Both the position numbers and the translations under genes were made by a program. The notes under the pieces are model-generated. The model searched no databases, was not told the origin of the DNA, and saw nothing but the letters and a program-made list of their open reading frames with translations. From Phycisphaerae bacterium (GTDB lineage: Bacteria; Planctomycetota; Phycisphaerae; FEN-1346), in NCBI GenBank assembly GCA_035527275.1, contig DATLBA010000122.1:19764-83763 (forward strand): a DNA stretch of 64,000 bases. The letters run 5' to 3'. Positions 17,801 through 27,701 of this stretch are shown here, in pieces. Numbering within the stretch: the stretch's first letter is position 1; every line of letters starts with the position of its first letter.

Positions 17801-19034
17801 ATTGAAGAACGATCCGGAAATGCTGACGCGGGCGGAGGCTCGGCGCCTGGGGATCGCTCCGGCGGCCGCCATGCGGTTCGGCGCGGGGGAGTTCGTTCTC
17901 GGAACGAACGGCGAAGGCGCCAAGACCGCGCCGATTAAGATTCTCGCGCGGACCGGCCAGCCGCTCTATCATTGGTGGTGGGGCCGGTGCGTCCATGATA
18001 TGGCCGGCATGACGGTTCACAAGTCGCGCCTCGCGCTCGATTACTGCCACGACGACTACGAGATCATCGGCTACCTGAACAAGTTCGACACGACCGGCGG
18101 GGACCTCAATGTGTCTGGGGCCGTGGTCCCCTACAAGGAAAACGACCGGGCGACGGAGATCATGTTCAAGTCCCGGGCGGGCGTGCCTTACGAGGCGTCG
18201 ATCGACTTCACGCCGGGCGATGCCGCCCTGGTCATCGAGGACGTGCCTGTGGGTCGGAAGGTGGCCGTCAACGGCTACGAGTTCGAGGGGCCCGGGATGG
18301 TGTTTCGCCAGTGGCCGCTCCGGGGCGTGGCCGTCTGTCCCTACGGGGCGGATATGAACGCGCGGTCGGAGCTCGCGCGGAGCGAGAAGAACGTTCCTGT
18401 CACTTTCATCGAACCAGGAAAGGAACACAAAATGGTTGTGCACAAACAGGTCGAGGCCGGTGGTTCTGAAACGCCGGTCGTTGACGCCGAGACGGTAGTA
18501 GAGCCGGAGGCCGCGCCACCTGCGGCCGTTGAAGGCATAGTGCCGGCCGCAGCGGAAGGCGAGGAACCGCCTCCCGCGCCCGCCCCCGAACCCGCGGCCG
18601 ATCCGCCGGTGGCGCCGGCGGAAGAACCGGAGCCGGAATCGGAGCCGGAACCGGAGCCGGAACCGGAGCCGGAATCAGAGACGCCGCCGGTTGCAGGACC
18701 GGAAACCGATGCCGCAGCCCAGGCGCGGGCCGAGTGTAAGAGGTTCGTCGAGGCGTTCGGCGCGAAGGGCGGCGAGTGGTTCGCCGACGGCCGGACGTTC
18801 GACGAGGCCCAGGCGCTTCACGTCGAGGCCCTGGTGGCGGAGAACGCGCGACAGGCCAAGGAGATCGAGCGGCTCGCCAAGGCGGCGCGGGCGGCGCGCG
18901 GTGAAGAGGCTCCGGTGACGTTCGTGGCGGATGGGGCGGAAGACGGGCCGGATGTTACCGGCCTGTCCGGGAAGATCGGAGAAAACGCGGCGAAGGTCGC
19001 CGCTGGGATCAAGTTCCAGAAGAAGGACAACTGA
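17787..19034 (+). CDS. prohead protease (HK97/S78-like) fused to a scaffolding-like C-terminus
   Basis: His/Ser-containing N-terminal half (LDYCHDDYEIIGYL...), a (PE)n linker, and a Glu/Ala-rich coiled-coil C-terminus. It sits between the portal and capsid genes. Confidence 0.5.
   Translation: MKASELKNDPEMLTRAEARRLGIAPAAAMRFGAGEFVLGTNGEGAKTAPIKILARTGQPLYHWWWGRCVHDMAGMTVHKSRLALDYCHDDYEIIGYLNKFDTTGGDLNVSGAVVPYKENDRATEIMFKSRAGVPYEASIDFTPGDAALVIEDVPVGRKVAVNGYEFEGPGMVFRQWPLRGVAVCPYGADMNARSELARSEKNVPVTFIEPGKEHKMVVHKQVEAGGSETPVVDAETVVEPEAAPPAAVEGIVPAAAEGEEPPPAPAPEPAADPPVAPAEEPEPESEPEPEPEPEPESETPPVAGPETDAAAQARAECKRFVEAFGAKGGEWFADGRTFDEAQALHVEALVAENARQAKEIERLAKAARAARGEEAPVTFVADGAEDGPDVTGLSGKIGENAAKVAAGIKFQKKDN
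18624..18688 (+). repeat. tandem CCGGAGCCGGAA-type repeats encoding (EP/ES)n
   Basis: gaaccggagccggaatcggagccggaaccggagccggaaccggagccggaatcagag. Confidence 0.6.
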
Positions 19035-19103
19035 CCGCCGGGCCGCGGGCAAGGCATCGAATAGCCTGCCCGTAAACCGCGGTCGAACAGGAAAGGATAG
19101 CAA

Positions 19104-20030
19104 ATGGCTCTGCCAACGCTGTTGGACATCGCCAGGGCGAGCGGGTCGGACGCCGTGGTCGGTCTCATCGACGAGGCCGCCAAGACCCATCCGGAACTCT
19201 TACTCGGCCCGGCGAGGACGATCAAGGGTCTGAACTACAAGACCCTCGTCCGGACGGCCGTGCCGACCGGAACGGCGTTCCGCGACGCGAACGAGGGCGT
19301 CGCGCCGACGAAAGGGACGTACATCAACCGCCTGGTCGAGGCGTTCATCCTCAACCCGAGGTGGGAATGCGACAAGGCCGTCGCCGACGCCTACGAGGAC
19401 GGCGCCGAGGCCTACATCGCGCTCGAGGGCCAGGCGATCCTCGAGGCCGCGATGCAAGACCTCTGCGCCCAGTTCTACTACGGGCGCGGGACGGGCGGCA
19501 ACGCGAAGGGCTACCCCGGCCTCCTGGCGGCCTACGACGCGGCGAACATGGTTGTGGACGCGGGCGGGACAACGGCCGCCACCGGCTCGAGCGTGTGGGG
19601 CGTGCGTTGGGGCCCGAAGAACGTCCAGTGGGTGTGGGGCCTGAACGGCCAACTCGCCCTCGCGGACGTGCGGGAGGAATCGATCCTGGACGCGGGCGGG
19701 ACGAATAAGTTCACCGCCTACATCCAGGAGATCCTCGCGCGGCCGGGCCTCCAGGTGGCGAGCCTCCTGTCGATCGCCCGCATCAAGAAGTTGACGGCCG
19801 ACAGCGGCAAGACGCTGACCGACGACATGATCGCCGATCTCCTGTCGAAGTTCCCGGCCGGCCTCAGGCCCGACGTGCTCCTGATGAACCGGCGGAGCCT
19901 GCGGCAACTCCAGGACAGCCGCACGGCGACGAACGCGACGGGCGCCCCGGCGCCGTTCCCGGCCGAGGCGTTCGGCGTGCCGATCGCCCCGACGGATGCG
20001 ATCCTCTCGACCGAAGGCTTGACCCTGTAA
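19104..20030 (+). CDS. major capsid protein
   Basis: RBS GGAAAGGA. A 308-aa protein following the protease/scaffold gene, with strong hairpins downstream. Confidence 0.55.
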   Translation: MALPTLLDIARASGSDAVVGLIDEAAKTHPELLLGPARTIKGLNYKTLVRTAVPTGTAFRDANEGVAPTKGTYINRLVEAFILNPRWECDKAVADAYEDGAEAYIALEGQAILEAAMQDLCAQFYYGRGTGGNAKGYPGLLAAYDAANMVVDAGGTTAATGSSVWGVRWGPKNVQWVWGLNGQLALADVREESILDAGGTNKFTAYIQEILARPGLQVASLLSIARIKKLTADSGKTLTDDMIADLLSKFPAGLRPDVLLMNRRSLRQLQDSRTATNATGAPAPFPAEAFGVPIAPTDAILSTEGLTL

Positions 20031-20055
20031 GCGTTCAGGTCTGGGGCCGTGCGGC

Positions 20056-20133
20056 CAGCGGGGCCGCACGGCCAGACCTGACGAACGACAACCCCCCGAT
20101 TGCAATCGGGGGGAAGTCAAAAAAGCACGGCCT
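20056..20133 (+). terminator. two consecutive GC-rich stem-loops after the capsid gene (terminator-like / RNA-stability elements)
   Basis: A hairpin with a roughly 19-bp stem at 20056..20100 and a perfect 22-nt palindrome CCCCCCGATTGCAATCGGGGGG at 20112..20133. No clear U-tract follows on the + strand. Confidence 0.4.
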
Positions 20134-20170
20134 CCAGAAAGCGGCCGCAAACGAACGAAAGGAATCTCCA

Positions 20171-20569
20171 ATGGCGCGCGAAATCCGGGATACTCTCCTC
20201 AAAGACACGAAAGCCCTGCCGGAGACGGCCGAGACCGTCTATACGGACGGCATCGACCTCGGCGCCGGTGAAAAGGTGGCCGGGATGGACCTTCTCATTT
20301 CGGCCCCGGCGCTGGCGGTCGGCGAACTCGGGGACGGTGAAACCGTGACGTATGAGGTCCAGACGGATTCCGATTCCCTGTTCCTCTACCCGACAGACAT
20401 CATCCCGAGCGCCCTTGTCCAGACGGGCGCCGATGGAGCCGGCGCCGCAGCCGCGACGCGGCGGTTCGCTCTGCCGACCGACGCCGAGCAGTACGTCCGC
20501 GTGGCGGTCACGGCCGATGCGGACAAAGATGCCTCGGCAAAGAGCGTGACGCTCGAAGTCCTCCTGTAG
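20171..20569 (+). CDS. hypothetical virion protein (possible decoration / head-associated)
   Basis: 132-aa ORF with RBS GAAAGGAA. Confidence 0.45.
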   Translation: MAREIRDTLLKDTKALPETAETVYTDGIDLGAGEKVAGMDLLISAPALAVGELGDGETVTYEVQTDSDSLFLYPTDIIPSALVQTGADGAGAAAATRRFALPTDAEQYVRVAVTADADKDASAKSVTLEVLL

Positions 20570-20597
20570 GCGGTAAAAGCCGACGGAGGGCGATGTT

Positions 20598-20957
20598 ATG
20601 GGTGTCTTCGATTACGCCACCGGGGCCTTGGCCGCGGCGATGAAGGGTGCGGAAGGGCGAAACATCTTTTATCGCCGCGGCGCGGCCGAACTTGCGATCA
20701 CGGCCTGGCGGTCCTTCCGCGCGGGCGAGGTGGACGACGGGACCGGCATCCTCGTGGTCTATGAATCGTGGGACTGGCTTCTGGAGGCCGCCGATCTCGA
20801 CGAACTGGACGCGCCGGAGCCCGGAGACCGCCTGATCGACGCCGACGGTTGCGAATACGAGGTGACGGCGCCGCCGGGGCAGAAGGAATTTCAGGTGGCG
20901 GGGCCGGCCGGGACGCTTTTGAGGGTGCACACGAAACAACTTGCCGGGGAGCCCTGA
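20598..20957 (+). CDS. hypothetical head-tail connector-like protein
   Basis: Position and size only. Confidence 0.4.
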   Translation: MGVFDYATGALAAAMKGAEGRNIFYRRGAAELAITAWRSFRAGEVDDGTGILVVYESWDWLLEAADLDELDAPEPGDRLIDADGCEYEVTAPPGQKEFQVAGPAGTLLRVHTKQLAGEP

Positions 20958-21139
20958 TGCCCGAACCCAAAGATCACGACTTGTTGATCCGAATCGACGA
21001 GCGCGTCGCCAAACTCGATCGGTGCATGTCGAATCATCTGTCACACCATTGGGCCGTTACGCTGGCCGCGCTGGGCGCGATGTTAACGGCCATGATCTCG
21101 ATCGTGATTGCCATCGTGGCTGTCCTGGGGACGAGATGA
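20957..21139 (+). CDS. small membrane protein
   Basis: ATGA overlap. One TM helix (AVTLAALGAMLTAMISIVIAIVAVL). Confidence 0.35.
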   Translation: MPEPKDHDLLIRIDERVAKLDRCMSNHLSHHWAVTLAALGAMLTAMISIVIAIVAVLGTR

Positions 21140-21140
21140 C

Positions 21141-21590
21141 ATGTCGATCATCGCGGACGTGGCCGATGCGGTGGCCGGGGAACTCGCGGAAGGGACGTTC
21201 TCTAAAGAGATTTCGGTCGAGCGCCGTTGGCGGCCCCGCGCGACCCTCAGCGAGGCGGGACCGGACGATCCGGTGGCCGTTTTCGTCGTGCCGAAATCCT
21301 GGGCGGCGGAGGTGCTGGACCGCGGACGGACGGTCGAGACGGTCGAGATCGATGTGGCGGTCATGCGGAAACTCGCCGAGCCGGCCGACGACGAGGCGAC
21401 GATCGACGCCCTGATGAACCTGGTGGAGGAGATCGCCGATTTTTTCAAAATGCGGCGGCTGGCGTCGTACCCGTTGGCCGCATGGAAACATTCGGGGCGG
21501 GATCCGATTTACAGCCCGCAGCACCTGGACGAACTCAGGCAGTTCACGAGCGGCGTGACCCTGACGTATAGGGTCGTGCCTTCCGCGTGA
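21141..21590 (+). CDS. hypothetical head-tail joining / tail-completion-like protein
   Basis: ATG 21141 adjacent to the upstream stop; 150 aa. Confidence 0.4.
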   Translation: MSIIADVADAVAGELAEGTFSKEISVERRWRPRATLSEAGPDDPVAVFVVPKSWAAEVLDRGRTVETVEIDVAVMRKLAEPADDEATIDALMNLVEEIADFFKMRRLASYPLAAWKHSGRDPIYSPQHLDELRQFTSGVTLTYRVVPSA

Positions 21591-21702
21591 AAAGTTCAAG
21601 GGTGACGAGCCGCGCACGTAAGTAAGCGGAGCAGTTGACTATGAAACGGATTCTGATGTGGGTCTTTTTGTGCCTGTTTCCGTTCCTCGCGGAGGATCTT
21701 TA

Positions 21703-22449
21703 GTGCAGTCATTCAGCGTCTATCCGGGCGCGACGGATGCCGATACGTTGCTCCTTGCGCGCGCCGACAGCGGTTGGCTGCGGGGAAAGAGCATCGTCGG
21801 GCCGGACTTCACCAACCTTGGCGCTACCCCTACTCCTGAGAGCGACGGCTGGCGCTTCGGCGATGCCGAACGTGACTACATGAACGTCGCGCTTGATGGC
21901 GGTGCACGGATGGCGGGCACACTCGAGTGCTGGATTCGAAACTTCACCACCCCGGATACCACCTATCATTATCCGGTCTGCTGGTTTGAAGCGGGAGCAA
22001 GTCGACTGGCCATATTCCTCCGGCGTAGCGATCCAACAAGTGCGCGCATCGGCGTATATTTTGTGGACAGAAACGCCGCGAACCGCTCGATCTACTGGCA
22101 ACCGAACGACGGTTCAATCGAAGCCCTGTTCGACAGTCCAAAACCGTTTCACGTTGCCGTCACTTTCTGCTGCGATCCGCAAAAGCAGGTTGCGGTGATT
22201 GTGAATGGAAAGAGATATGTGGGGACATCTTGGTCAGGGCTCGTAGGCTTCTCACCTACCACACTTCGCCTGGGGCGGAACTATGATGGTGCTGCCGCTA
22301 ATGACTTCTACGGCGTCCTGGACGAGGTTCGGGTGTCTAACATTGAGCGCTACTCGGCCGACTTCCCGATCACGCGGTTTCAGGAAGGCGAGCGGGCTGG
22401 TTCGAGGGGGCCGGGCGAAACGGTGGAAGTGGCGGGAGGTTGCGTATGA
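21703..22449 (+). CDS. LamG / concanavalin-A-like lectin-domain protein
   Basis: GTLECWIRNF...LRLGRNYDGAAANDFYGVLDEVRVSN is typical of LamG-like jelly-roll domains. GTG after GGAGGA. Confidence 0.5.
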   Translation: MQSFSVYPGATDADTLLLARADSGWLRGKSIVGPDFTNLGATPTPESDGWRFGDAERDYMNVALDGGARMAGTLECWIRNFTTPDTTYHYPVCWFEAGASRLAIFLRRSDPTSARIGVYFVDRNAANRSIYWQPNDGSIEALFDSPKPFHVAVTFCCDPQKQVAVIVNGKRYVGTSWSGLVGFSPTTLRLGRNYDGAAANDFYGVLDEVRVSNIERYSADFPITRFQEGERAGSRGPGETVEVAGGCV

Positions 22450-24740
22450 GCCGGCTCGATAGGGAAACTCTAACGGGTGTTGACATTACGCCCGCTGATG
22501 GACTCCTGGTCCTCACGAAGGCGCTGCCGACCAGCCTGGCGGAGTGGGCACTGAAAGGCATCGTCCGCGTATCGGCTCTCGCCGCAAGCAAGACACGGAC
22601 GCTCACGCTGACCGTCAAGACGGACGGCGAGCACGTGTTCTCAACCGACTGGGTCTTCGAGAGCGACGCGACCGACGCCGGACGGGTGAAGCGAATGGCC
22701 TTTCGCGTGCCCGAGGACATTCGGGGGACGGTGACGCTGCATCTTCACTCCACCGAAGCGACCGATACGACGGTCGATGTGGACGCTCGCCTGAATACAG
22801 ATGTGGATGACGTGCCGAACACTTGGTTTGTGGATGCGACCTACGGCCACGACACGGAGCACGACGGCCGGTCGTGGCAAACTGCCTTTCTGACAATCGA
22901 CGCTGCAATAGCGGTAGCAGCCTCAGGCGACACGATTTGTACGGGTCCTGGGATTTTCGCTCTGGGGGCCGCTGTGATCGAATTACCTGACGGCGTCAAC
23001 TTACAAGGTAAAGGCATCGACGCGACGCTTATTACAAGCACGGCGGTGTTGAGCACACTTGGATGTATCGTAAAGCCGGGCACGGGATCTCGGATAGCCG
23101 ATCTGACAATTCAGGGGATTGCTGGTGCTGGGGTATATCAGGCCGCGTTGGGATACCGAAAGGCGAGTGCCGGCGCGCCGACCCAGGCCCGCTTCCTCCA
23201 TGCTTGGGCCGACCGGGTGCGTTTGATTGCCGACGCCGACGGCGTTTACATTCGAGAAGAGCCCGACCCGGGTACCCGATGTGATCTTGTCATGCGCGAC
23301 TGTCTTATCGAAACTAAGTATGATGGTGTGACGATAATTTCGCGCAACGCAAGTATTGTTCTTTACGACACGCGCATTGTTGTGATAGGGCCCTCTTCCT
23401 GCGGTGGCCAATACGCTCACGGCCTTGCCGGAATAGGAGGCTCGGACGCCTTTATTTCCATGGTGCGGGGTTCACTTGAGGTATCCGGAGCAACAGTGTC
23501 AAACGTAGGTGCTCAAGAGGCCAGAGGTCGCATTATCTTGAGCGATGTTCACGTGGATACCGCTGGAGCTGCCCCGATGGACTTGGTGCAAGCAGATAAT
23601 GGCAGTGTCTTCGTTTTCGGCAGTGTGTTTGACCCAGCTAAGACCTCTGGCACGATTATCCACGTTCCGCCCGGCGCATCCATCCTGGCCGACACGGCCG
23701 CCCTTGAGGCGCGCCTCACTGCGGAACGGGCGGCCCGCCTGGATGCGGACGTATCGAGCCGCGCCACGCCCGCTGACGTGACAGGTGCCCACGGTATGAC
23801 AGACGGCCTCATTGGAGGCCTGGGGTCGCCGGAGCAGGATGGCGCGGTCGCGACCGCCCATGCGACGACTGACGGCAAGGTGGACGCGGCCAAAGCCTCG
23901 GCGGACGCGGCGTCGCGCCCCTCGGACGTCACAACGGCCCACGCGACGACAGACGGCAAGGTGGACGCGGCGAAGGCGAGCGCCGACGCGGCGAAGGCCA
24001 GCGCGGATGAGGCGTCGCGCCCCTCGGACGTGACGACGGCCCACGCGACGACTGACGGCAAGGTGGACGCGGCGAAAGCCAGCGCGGATGCGGCGAAGGC
24101 GAGCGCCGACGAAGCCACCCGGCCCGACGACATTCCGACGCCGGAGGCGAACGCGGCCGAGACCGCAGAAGTCCTGGCGGCGGCGCACGGCGAAGAATCG
24201 TGGGAAAGCCTTGCGGAGCGAGATTGGACGGCGGGCGAGCGCGGGCAGATCCGCGACGCTCTGGGCGTGGCTGGCGACAAGACGACGGCGGAGGACGGAC
24301 AATTGCAGAATATCAAGACCAAGACGGACCTCATCACGGCCGGGAATGTTCGCGTGCGGACGCCGGTTGCGGCCGACGGAACGATTACGCTCATGCGCGG
24401 CGATTCCTACTTGGAAGTGGACGATACAAAACTGAAACTCGATGTTCCGAACTACGCCGGCCCGGACCTGACGGCCGAGGGAACGGTTCTTACGTTCAGC
24501 GTCGGCCCGAGACGCGAGGGACAACCGGCAATCTTCACGGTCGAGGCGTCGGCGGAAATGGACGGGACGACCCTGGTGCTCTCCGCCGATGTGGCGAGCG
24601 GGGACACGGCCGAACTGGATGCGCCCGGAGAATATCTTTATGACTTTCAGGCCGTCTTTGCCTCCGGCGGGATCTTCACTCCCGCCGCCGGCAAACTGTT
24701 GGCGCTTGCCGACGTGATGGCCGAACCGGAAGAGGAGTAG
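22440..24740 (+). CDS. right-handed beta-helix (pectate-lyase-fold) tailspike / depolymerase-like protein with internal tandem repeats
   Basis: NTWFVDATYGHDTEHDGRSWQTAFLTIDAAIAVAASGDTI is the canonical start of pectin-lyase-like beta-helices; 766 aa. Confidence 0.55.
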   Translation: MRMSRLDRETLTGVDITPADGLLVLTKALPTSLAEWALKGIVRVSALAASKTRTLTLTVKTDGEHVFSTDWVFESDATDAGRVKRMAFRVPEDIRGTVTLHLHSTEATDTTVDVDARLNTDVDDVPNTWFVDATYGHDTEHDGRSWQTAFLTIDAAIAVAASGDTICTGPGIFALGAAVIELPDGVNLQGKGIDATLITSTAVLSTLGCIVKPGTGSRIADLTIQGIAGAGVYQAALGYRKASAGAPTQARFLHAWADRVRLIADADGVYIREEPDPGTRCDLVMRDCLIETKYDGVTIISRNASIVLYDTRIVVIGPSSCGGQYAHGLAGIGGSDAFISMVRGSLEVSGATVSNVGAQEARGRIILSDVHVDTAGAAPMDLVQADNGSVFVFGSVFDPAKTSGTIIHVPPGASILADTAALEARLTAERAARLDADVSSRATPADVTGAHGMTDGLIGGLGSPEQDGAVATAHATTDGKVDAAKASADAASRPSDVTTAHATTDGKVDAAKASADAAKASADEASRPSDVTTAHATTDGKVDAAKASADAAKASADEATRPDDIPTPEANAAETAEVLAAAHGEESWESLAERDWTAGERGQIRDALGVAGDKTTAEDGQLQNIKTKTDLITAGNVRVRTPVAADGTITLMRGDSYLEVDDTKLKLDVPNYAGPDLTAEGTVLTFSVGPRREGQPAIFTVEASAEMDGTTLVLSADVASGDTAELDAPGEYLYDFQAVFASGGIFTPAAGKLLALADVMAEPEEE
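23863..24135 (+). repeat. three imperfect tandem repeats of about 81-102 nt encoding TAHATTDGKVDAAKASADAA(KASADEA)SRPSDVT
   Basis: Direct reading of the nucleotide and protein sequence. Confidence 0.6.
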
Positions 24741-24746
24741 AGTCGA

Positions 24747-26585
24747 ATGACGATGCCTATGGTCATCTCGTTCTACACGCCCGACAACGAATACGCGGAG
24801 TGGGCGAAGACTCTCCGCGCCTCGTGCGAGAAGTTCGGGCTGGATCACGAAATCAACGAGGTGGACCTCTCGCGTGTGGGTTCGTGGCATGCGCGCGCGG
24901 CCCATAAAGGCGTGTATATGTTCGAGGCGGCCAAGCGACACGATCCCCGGCCCGTTCTCTGGCTCGACGCCGATTCCGAGATCGTCGGACCGCTGGATAT
25001 GTTCGACGATCCGCCGTTCGATTTCGCCGTCTCGCATCCGCACAACGACCGCGTGCGGACCGGGACGATTTACGCGAACCCTGCCGCGCGGCGTCTGCTC
25101 AGGATCACGGCGGCATTTTGCAAGGCCCATCCCGGGAAGGCCCACGAACGGAATCTTCAGGCGGCCATGCGTCTCGTCAGGATACCGGCGCATCGGAGCA
25201 TCCGGGTCCATTTCCTGGACTATGGGTACAACTACGTCCCGAACTGGCCGACGCCGGCGCAATGGAACGGAAGGATCTTCATTCTCTCGAACCACGTCTC
25301 GGGATGCGGGTATCTCAGATCCACGCAGCGAGACGGAGGGCCGAAGGGCATGGGCAGGCGGCTCAAACTCAAGACGCTCGTGACTTCTTTCTGGTCCGAC
25401 CAGGAGGGCACGTTCTACAAGCAGGCCGCGCGGACGCTCCAGAAAAGGTGCGGTGCCCTCGGCATCGAATACGACATCCGGCCGCGACCGCCGGGTGCCA
25501 ATTGGATCCGCAACTGCGACATGAAGCCGAGTCACATCCTGGAGGTCCTCGAACAGCGCAAGCGGCCGGTCCTGTGGATCGATGCCGATAGCGATCTTAT
25601 AAGCGTGCCGACGGCCGTGGACGCCCTCGATTGCGATGTGGCCGCGGTGCCGTTCGAGGGATCCCCGCGGAACGATCCGCCGCTTCGCGTTCGGGCATTC
25701 GTGCTCTATTTCAATTACACGCCGGCGGCCCTGGATTTCGTGAGGTCCTGGAAGGCCAAGTGCGACTCTTCGACGAGCGAGGACATCTCGGACCACCAGT
25801 ACCTCGAGCGGACCTGGCGGGAGTTCGAGGCGGCGCGGCCGGACTGCCGATTCGCCCACCTGCCGGAGACCTACGCCGGCACGCGGAAAACGGCGGGCAG
25901 CGTCATCCTTTACGGGGCCGGGCATGGGGCAAGCCGCACGGAGGTGTGTCAGCGCTACTCGAAACGGGCCCTGCGGCTGACGAGCGATAAGGTGTTCGGA
26001 TACTTCAGCCGCGCTCAGCGGGCCTTTTACGACCGCATGGTGGCCGAGGCGCCGGACCCGGCCGTCTTTATCGAGGTGGGGTGTCTGCTCGGAAAATCGA
26101 CGATCTACCTGGCCCAGGCGATCCAGGCCGTGCGTAGTTATGCCGGTAGTCCAGGAACCGGCAAGTTCATTCAGATTCATGCCGTCGATTGGTTCAAGGG
26201 GAGCGACGAGCCGGCCTTCCGGACCGAGCCGGCCCTCCAGGGCATAGACTTCAAGACGGAGTTCTTGCGGAATATCATGTCGGCAAACGTCCATAAAGTA
26301 GTTCGTACTCATACCGGCGAATCGACCGCCGTCGCCCGGACGTTCGCGCCGGCGAGCGCCGACATGGTTTTCATCGACGGATCGCACGACTACGAATCGG
26401 TCAAGCGGGACATCCTGGCGTGGCGATCGGTGGTGAAGCCGGGCGGCGTGCTGGCGGGCGACGACTACCATTCCCCCCGATGGGCCAGCGTCGTAAAGGC
26501 CGTGGACGAACTCCTGCCCGGCCGGAAGATCGAGGGGACGATCTGGACGTGGAAAGTGCCCGCGAAGGAAGAGGTTCCGGCATGA
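24747..26585 (+). CDS. multidomain protein: two tandem nucleotide-sugar glycosyltransferase-like domains (DxD-type) plus a C-terminal class I SAM-dependent methyltransferase
   Basis: Paired domains (VISFYTPDNEYAEWAKTL...VLWLDADSEIVGPLD and LVTSFWSDQEGTFYKQAARTL...VLWIDADSDLISVP). The C-terminus carries FIEVGCLLGKST...VFIDGSHDYESVKRD...GGVLAGDDY. RBS GAGGAG. Confidence 0.5.
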   Translation: MTMPMVISFYTPDNEYAEWAKTLRASCEKFGLDHEINEVDLSRVGSWHARAAHKGVYMFEAAKRHDPRPVLWLDADSEIVGPLDMFDDPPFDFAVSHPHNDRVRTGTIYANPAARRLLRITAAFCKAHPGKAHERNLQAAMRLVRIPAHRSIRVHFLDYGYNYVPNWPTPAQWNGRIFILSNHVSGCGYLRSTQRDGGPKGMGRRLKLKTLVTSFWSDQEGTFYKQAARTLQKRCGALGIEYDIRPRPPGANWIRNCDMKPSHILEVLEQRKRPVLWIDADSDLISVPTAVDALDCDVAAVPFEGSPRNDPPLRVRAFVLYFNYTPAALDFVRSWKAKCDSSTSEDISDHQYLERTWREFEAARPDCRFAHLPETYAGTRKTAGSVILYGAGHGASRTEVCQRYSKRALRLTSDKVFGYFSRAQRAFYDRMVAEAPDPAVFIEVGCLLGKSTIYLAQAIQAVRSYAGSPGTGKFIQIHAVDWFKGSDEPAFRTEPALQGIDFKTEFLRNIMSANVHKVVRTHTGESTAVARTFAPASADMVFIDGSHDYESVKRDILAWRSVVKPGGVLAGDDYHSPRWASVVKAVDELLPGRKIEGTIWTWKVPAKEEVPA

Positions 26586-27187
26586 CGACTCACGTGAAAT
26601 TGAGGACTATCACGCAACTCGATGTGGAGCGCGAGGCGGCCTTGAATCCGTACTGGAAAGGGCGGTGGGAAAATTATCTGGCGGTCGCGTGCCGGATTTT
26701 CCGCGAGATCCCGGGTGTCACGAGGGTGCTGGAGATCGGACCCGGAAGCCTCTCGCTCGTGCGCGGTTGCGACATCATGGACATCTGGAACTGGGGCCGG
26801 CGGCCGCTGACTTTCGGGCACGATGCCGGGGCGGTGCCCTGGCCGCTCCCCGACGATGCTTACGACGTGGTCGTGGCCTTGCAAGTGCTCGAGCATCTTG
26901 GCGGCGACAACGCCCGATTCTATCGCCGGGTCATGGCGGCGTTGCCGGACAAAGAGCAATGCGTCCGGCGGCAAAGGGCGGCGTTCGCCGAGGCGCTCAG
27001 GGTCGCGCCGAGGCTGCTCCTCAGCGTGCCGCTGGACTGGAAGACGACGGGGATGCACGCGGGGATCACGCCGGATGTGGTGAAATCTTGGGCGCCGCGC
27101 GGCGCCAAAGTGACAGCGTCTGTCAAGGTCGGGCGGGACCAGAACCGCCGGCGACTTGTGGAACTCTGGCAAAGGGAGACAGTCTGA
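26582..27187 (+). CDS. class I SAM-dependent methyltransferase
   Basis: VLEIGPGSLSL...VVVALQVLEHL. ATGA overlap. Confidence 0.5.
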   Translation: MTTHVKLRTITQLDVEREAALNPYWKGRWENYLAVACRIFREIPGVTRVLEIGPGSLSLVRGCDIMDIWNWGRRPLTFGHDAGAVPWPLPDDAYDVVVALQVLEHLGGDNARFYRRVMAALPDKEQCVRRQRAAFAEALRVAPRLLLSVPLDWKTTGMHAGITPDVVKSWAPRGAKVTASVKVGRDQNRRRLVELWQRETV

Positions 27188-27630
27188 TGGAAAAACTGGG
27201 AATGGATGCAAAACTCTACCGGAACAAGGGGACCTACGCGGTTCCCGACTGGGAGGAGATCACCAACGTGCGGGACGTGACGCTGAACCTGGAAGAGGGT
27301 GAGGCGGATCTCACGACCCGGGCGAATGCGGGCTGGCGGGCGACGCTCGGGACCCTGAAGGATGCGAGCGTCGACTTCGAGATGGTCTGGGACACCGAGG
27401 ATGATGGGTTCACCGCCCTCCAGGAGGCGTTCTTTGATAAGACGACCCTGGAGATAGCCGCCATGTCCGGCGCCATCGACGATGCCGAGAGCCAGGGACT
27501 CCGGGCGACCATGCGGGTGGCGACGTTCACGCGGTCTGAGCCGCTCGAGGAAGGCATCACCGTCGCCGTGACGCTGAAGCCGGCCCCGGCCGACAACGCG
27601 CCGGAATGGATCAGCGGCGCCTACGCCTGA
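27187..27630 (+). CDS. major tail (tube) protein
   Basis: 147-aa protein immediately upstream of the chaperone and tape-measure genes, with a beta-rich composition. Confidence 0.55.
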   Translation: MEKLGMDAKLYRNKGTYAVPDWEEITNVRDVTLNLEEGEADLTTRANAGWRATLGTLKDASVDFEMVWDTEDDGFTALQEAFFDKTTLEIAAMSGAIDDAESQGLRATMRVATFTRSEPLEEGITVAVTLKPAPADNAPEWISGAYA

Positions 27631-27701
27631 GCTGGCGTAGGATGGCGGCGGATCAACGAACATCTGCCCCAATGCAATGGGGCGGGGAAAGGGAGCAGGC
27701 C

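Noticed and set aside
20056-20100. Calling the long hairpin after the capsid gene a classical intrinsic terminator
   Set aside because: It is a strong stem but no U-tract follows on the + strand. It is kept only as a terminator-like stem-loop.
21641-21703. 20-codon hydrophobic mini-ORF (MKRILMWVFLCLFPFLAEDL) upstream of the LamG gene
   Set aside because: It is too short and there is no supporting context. It may be a leader or spurious.
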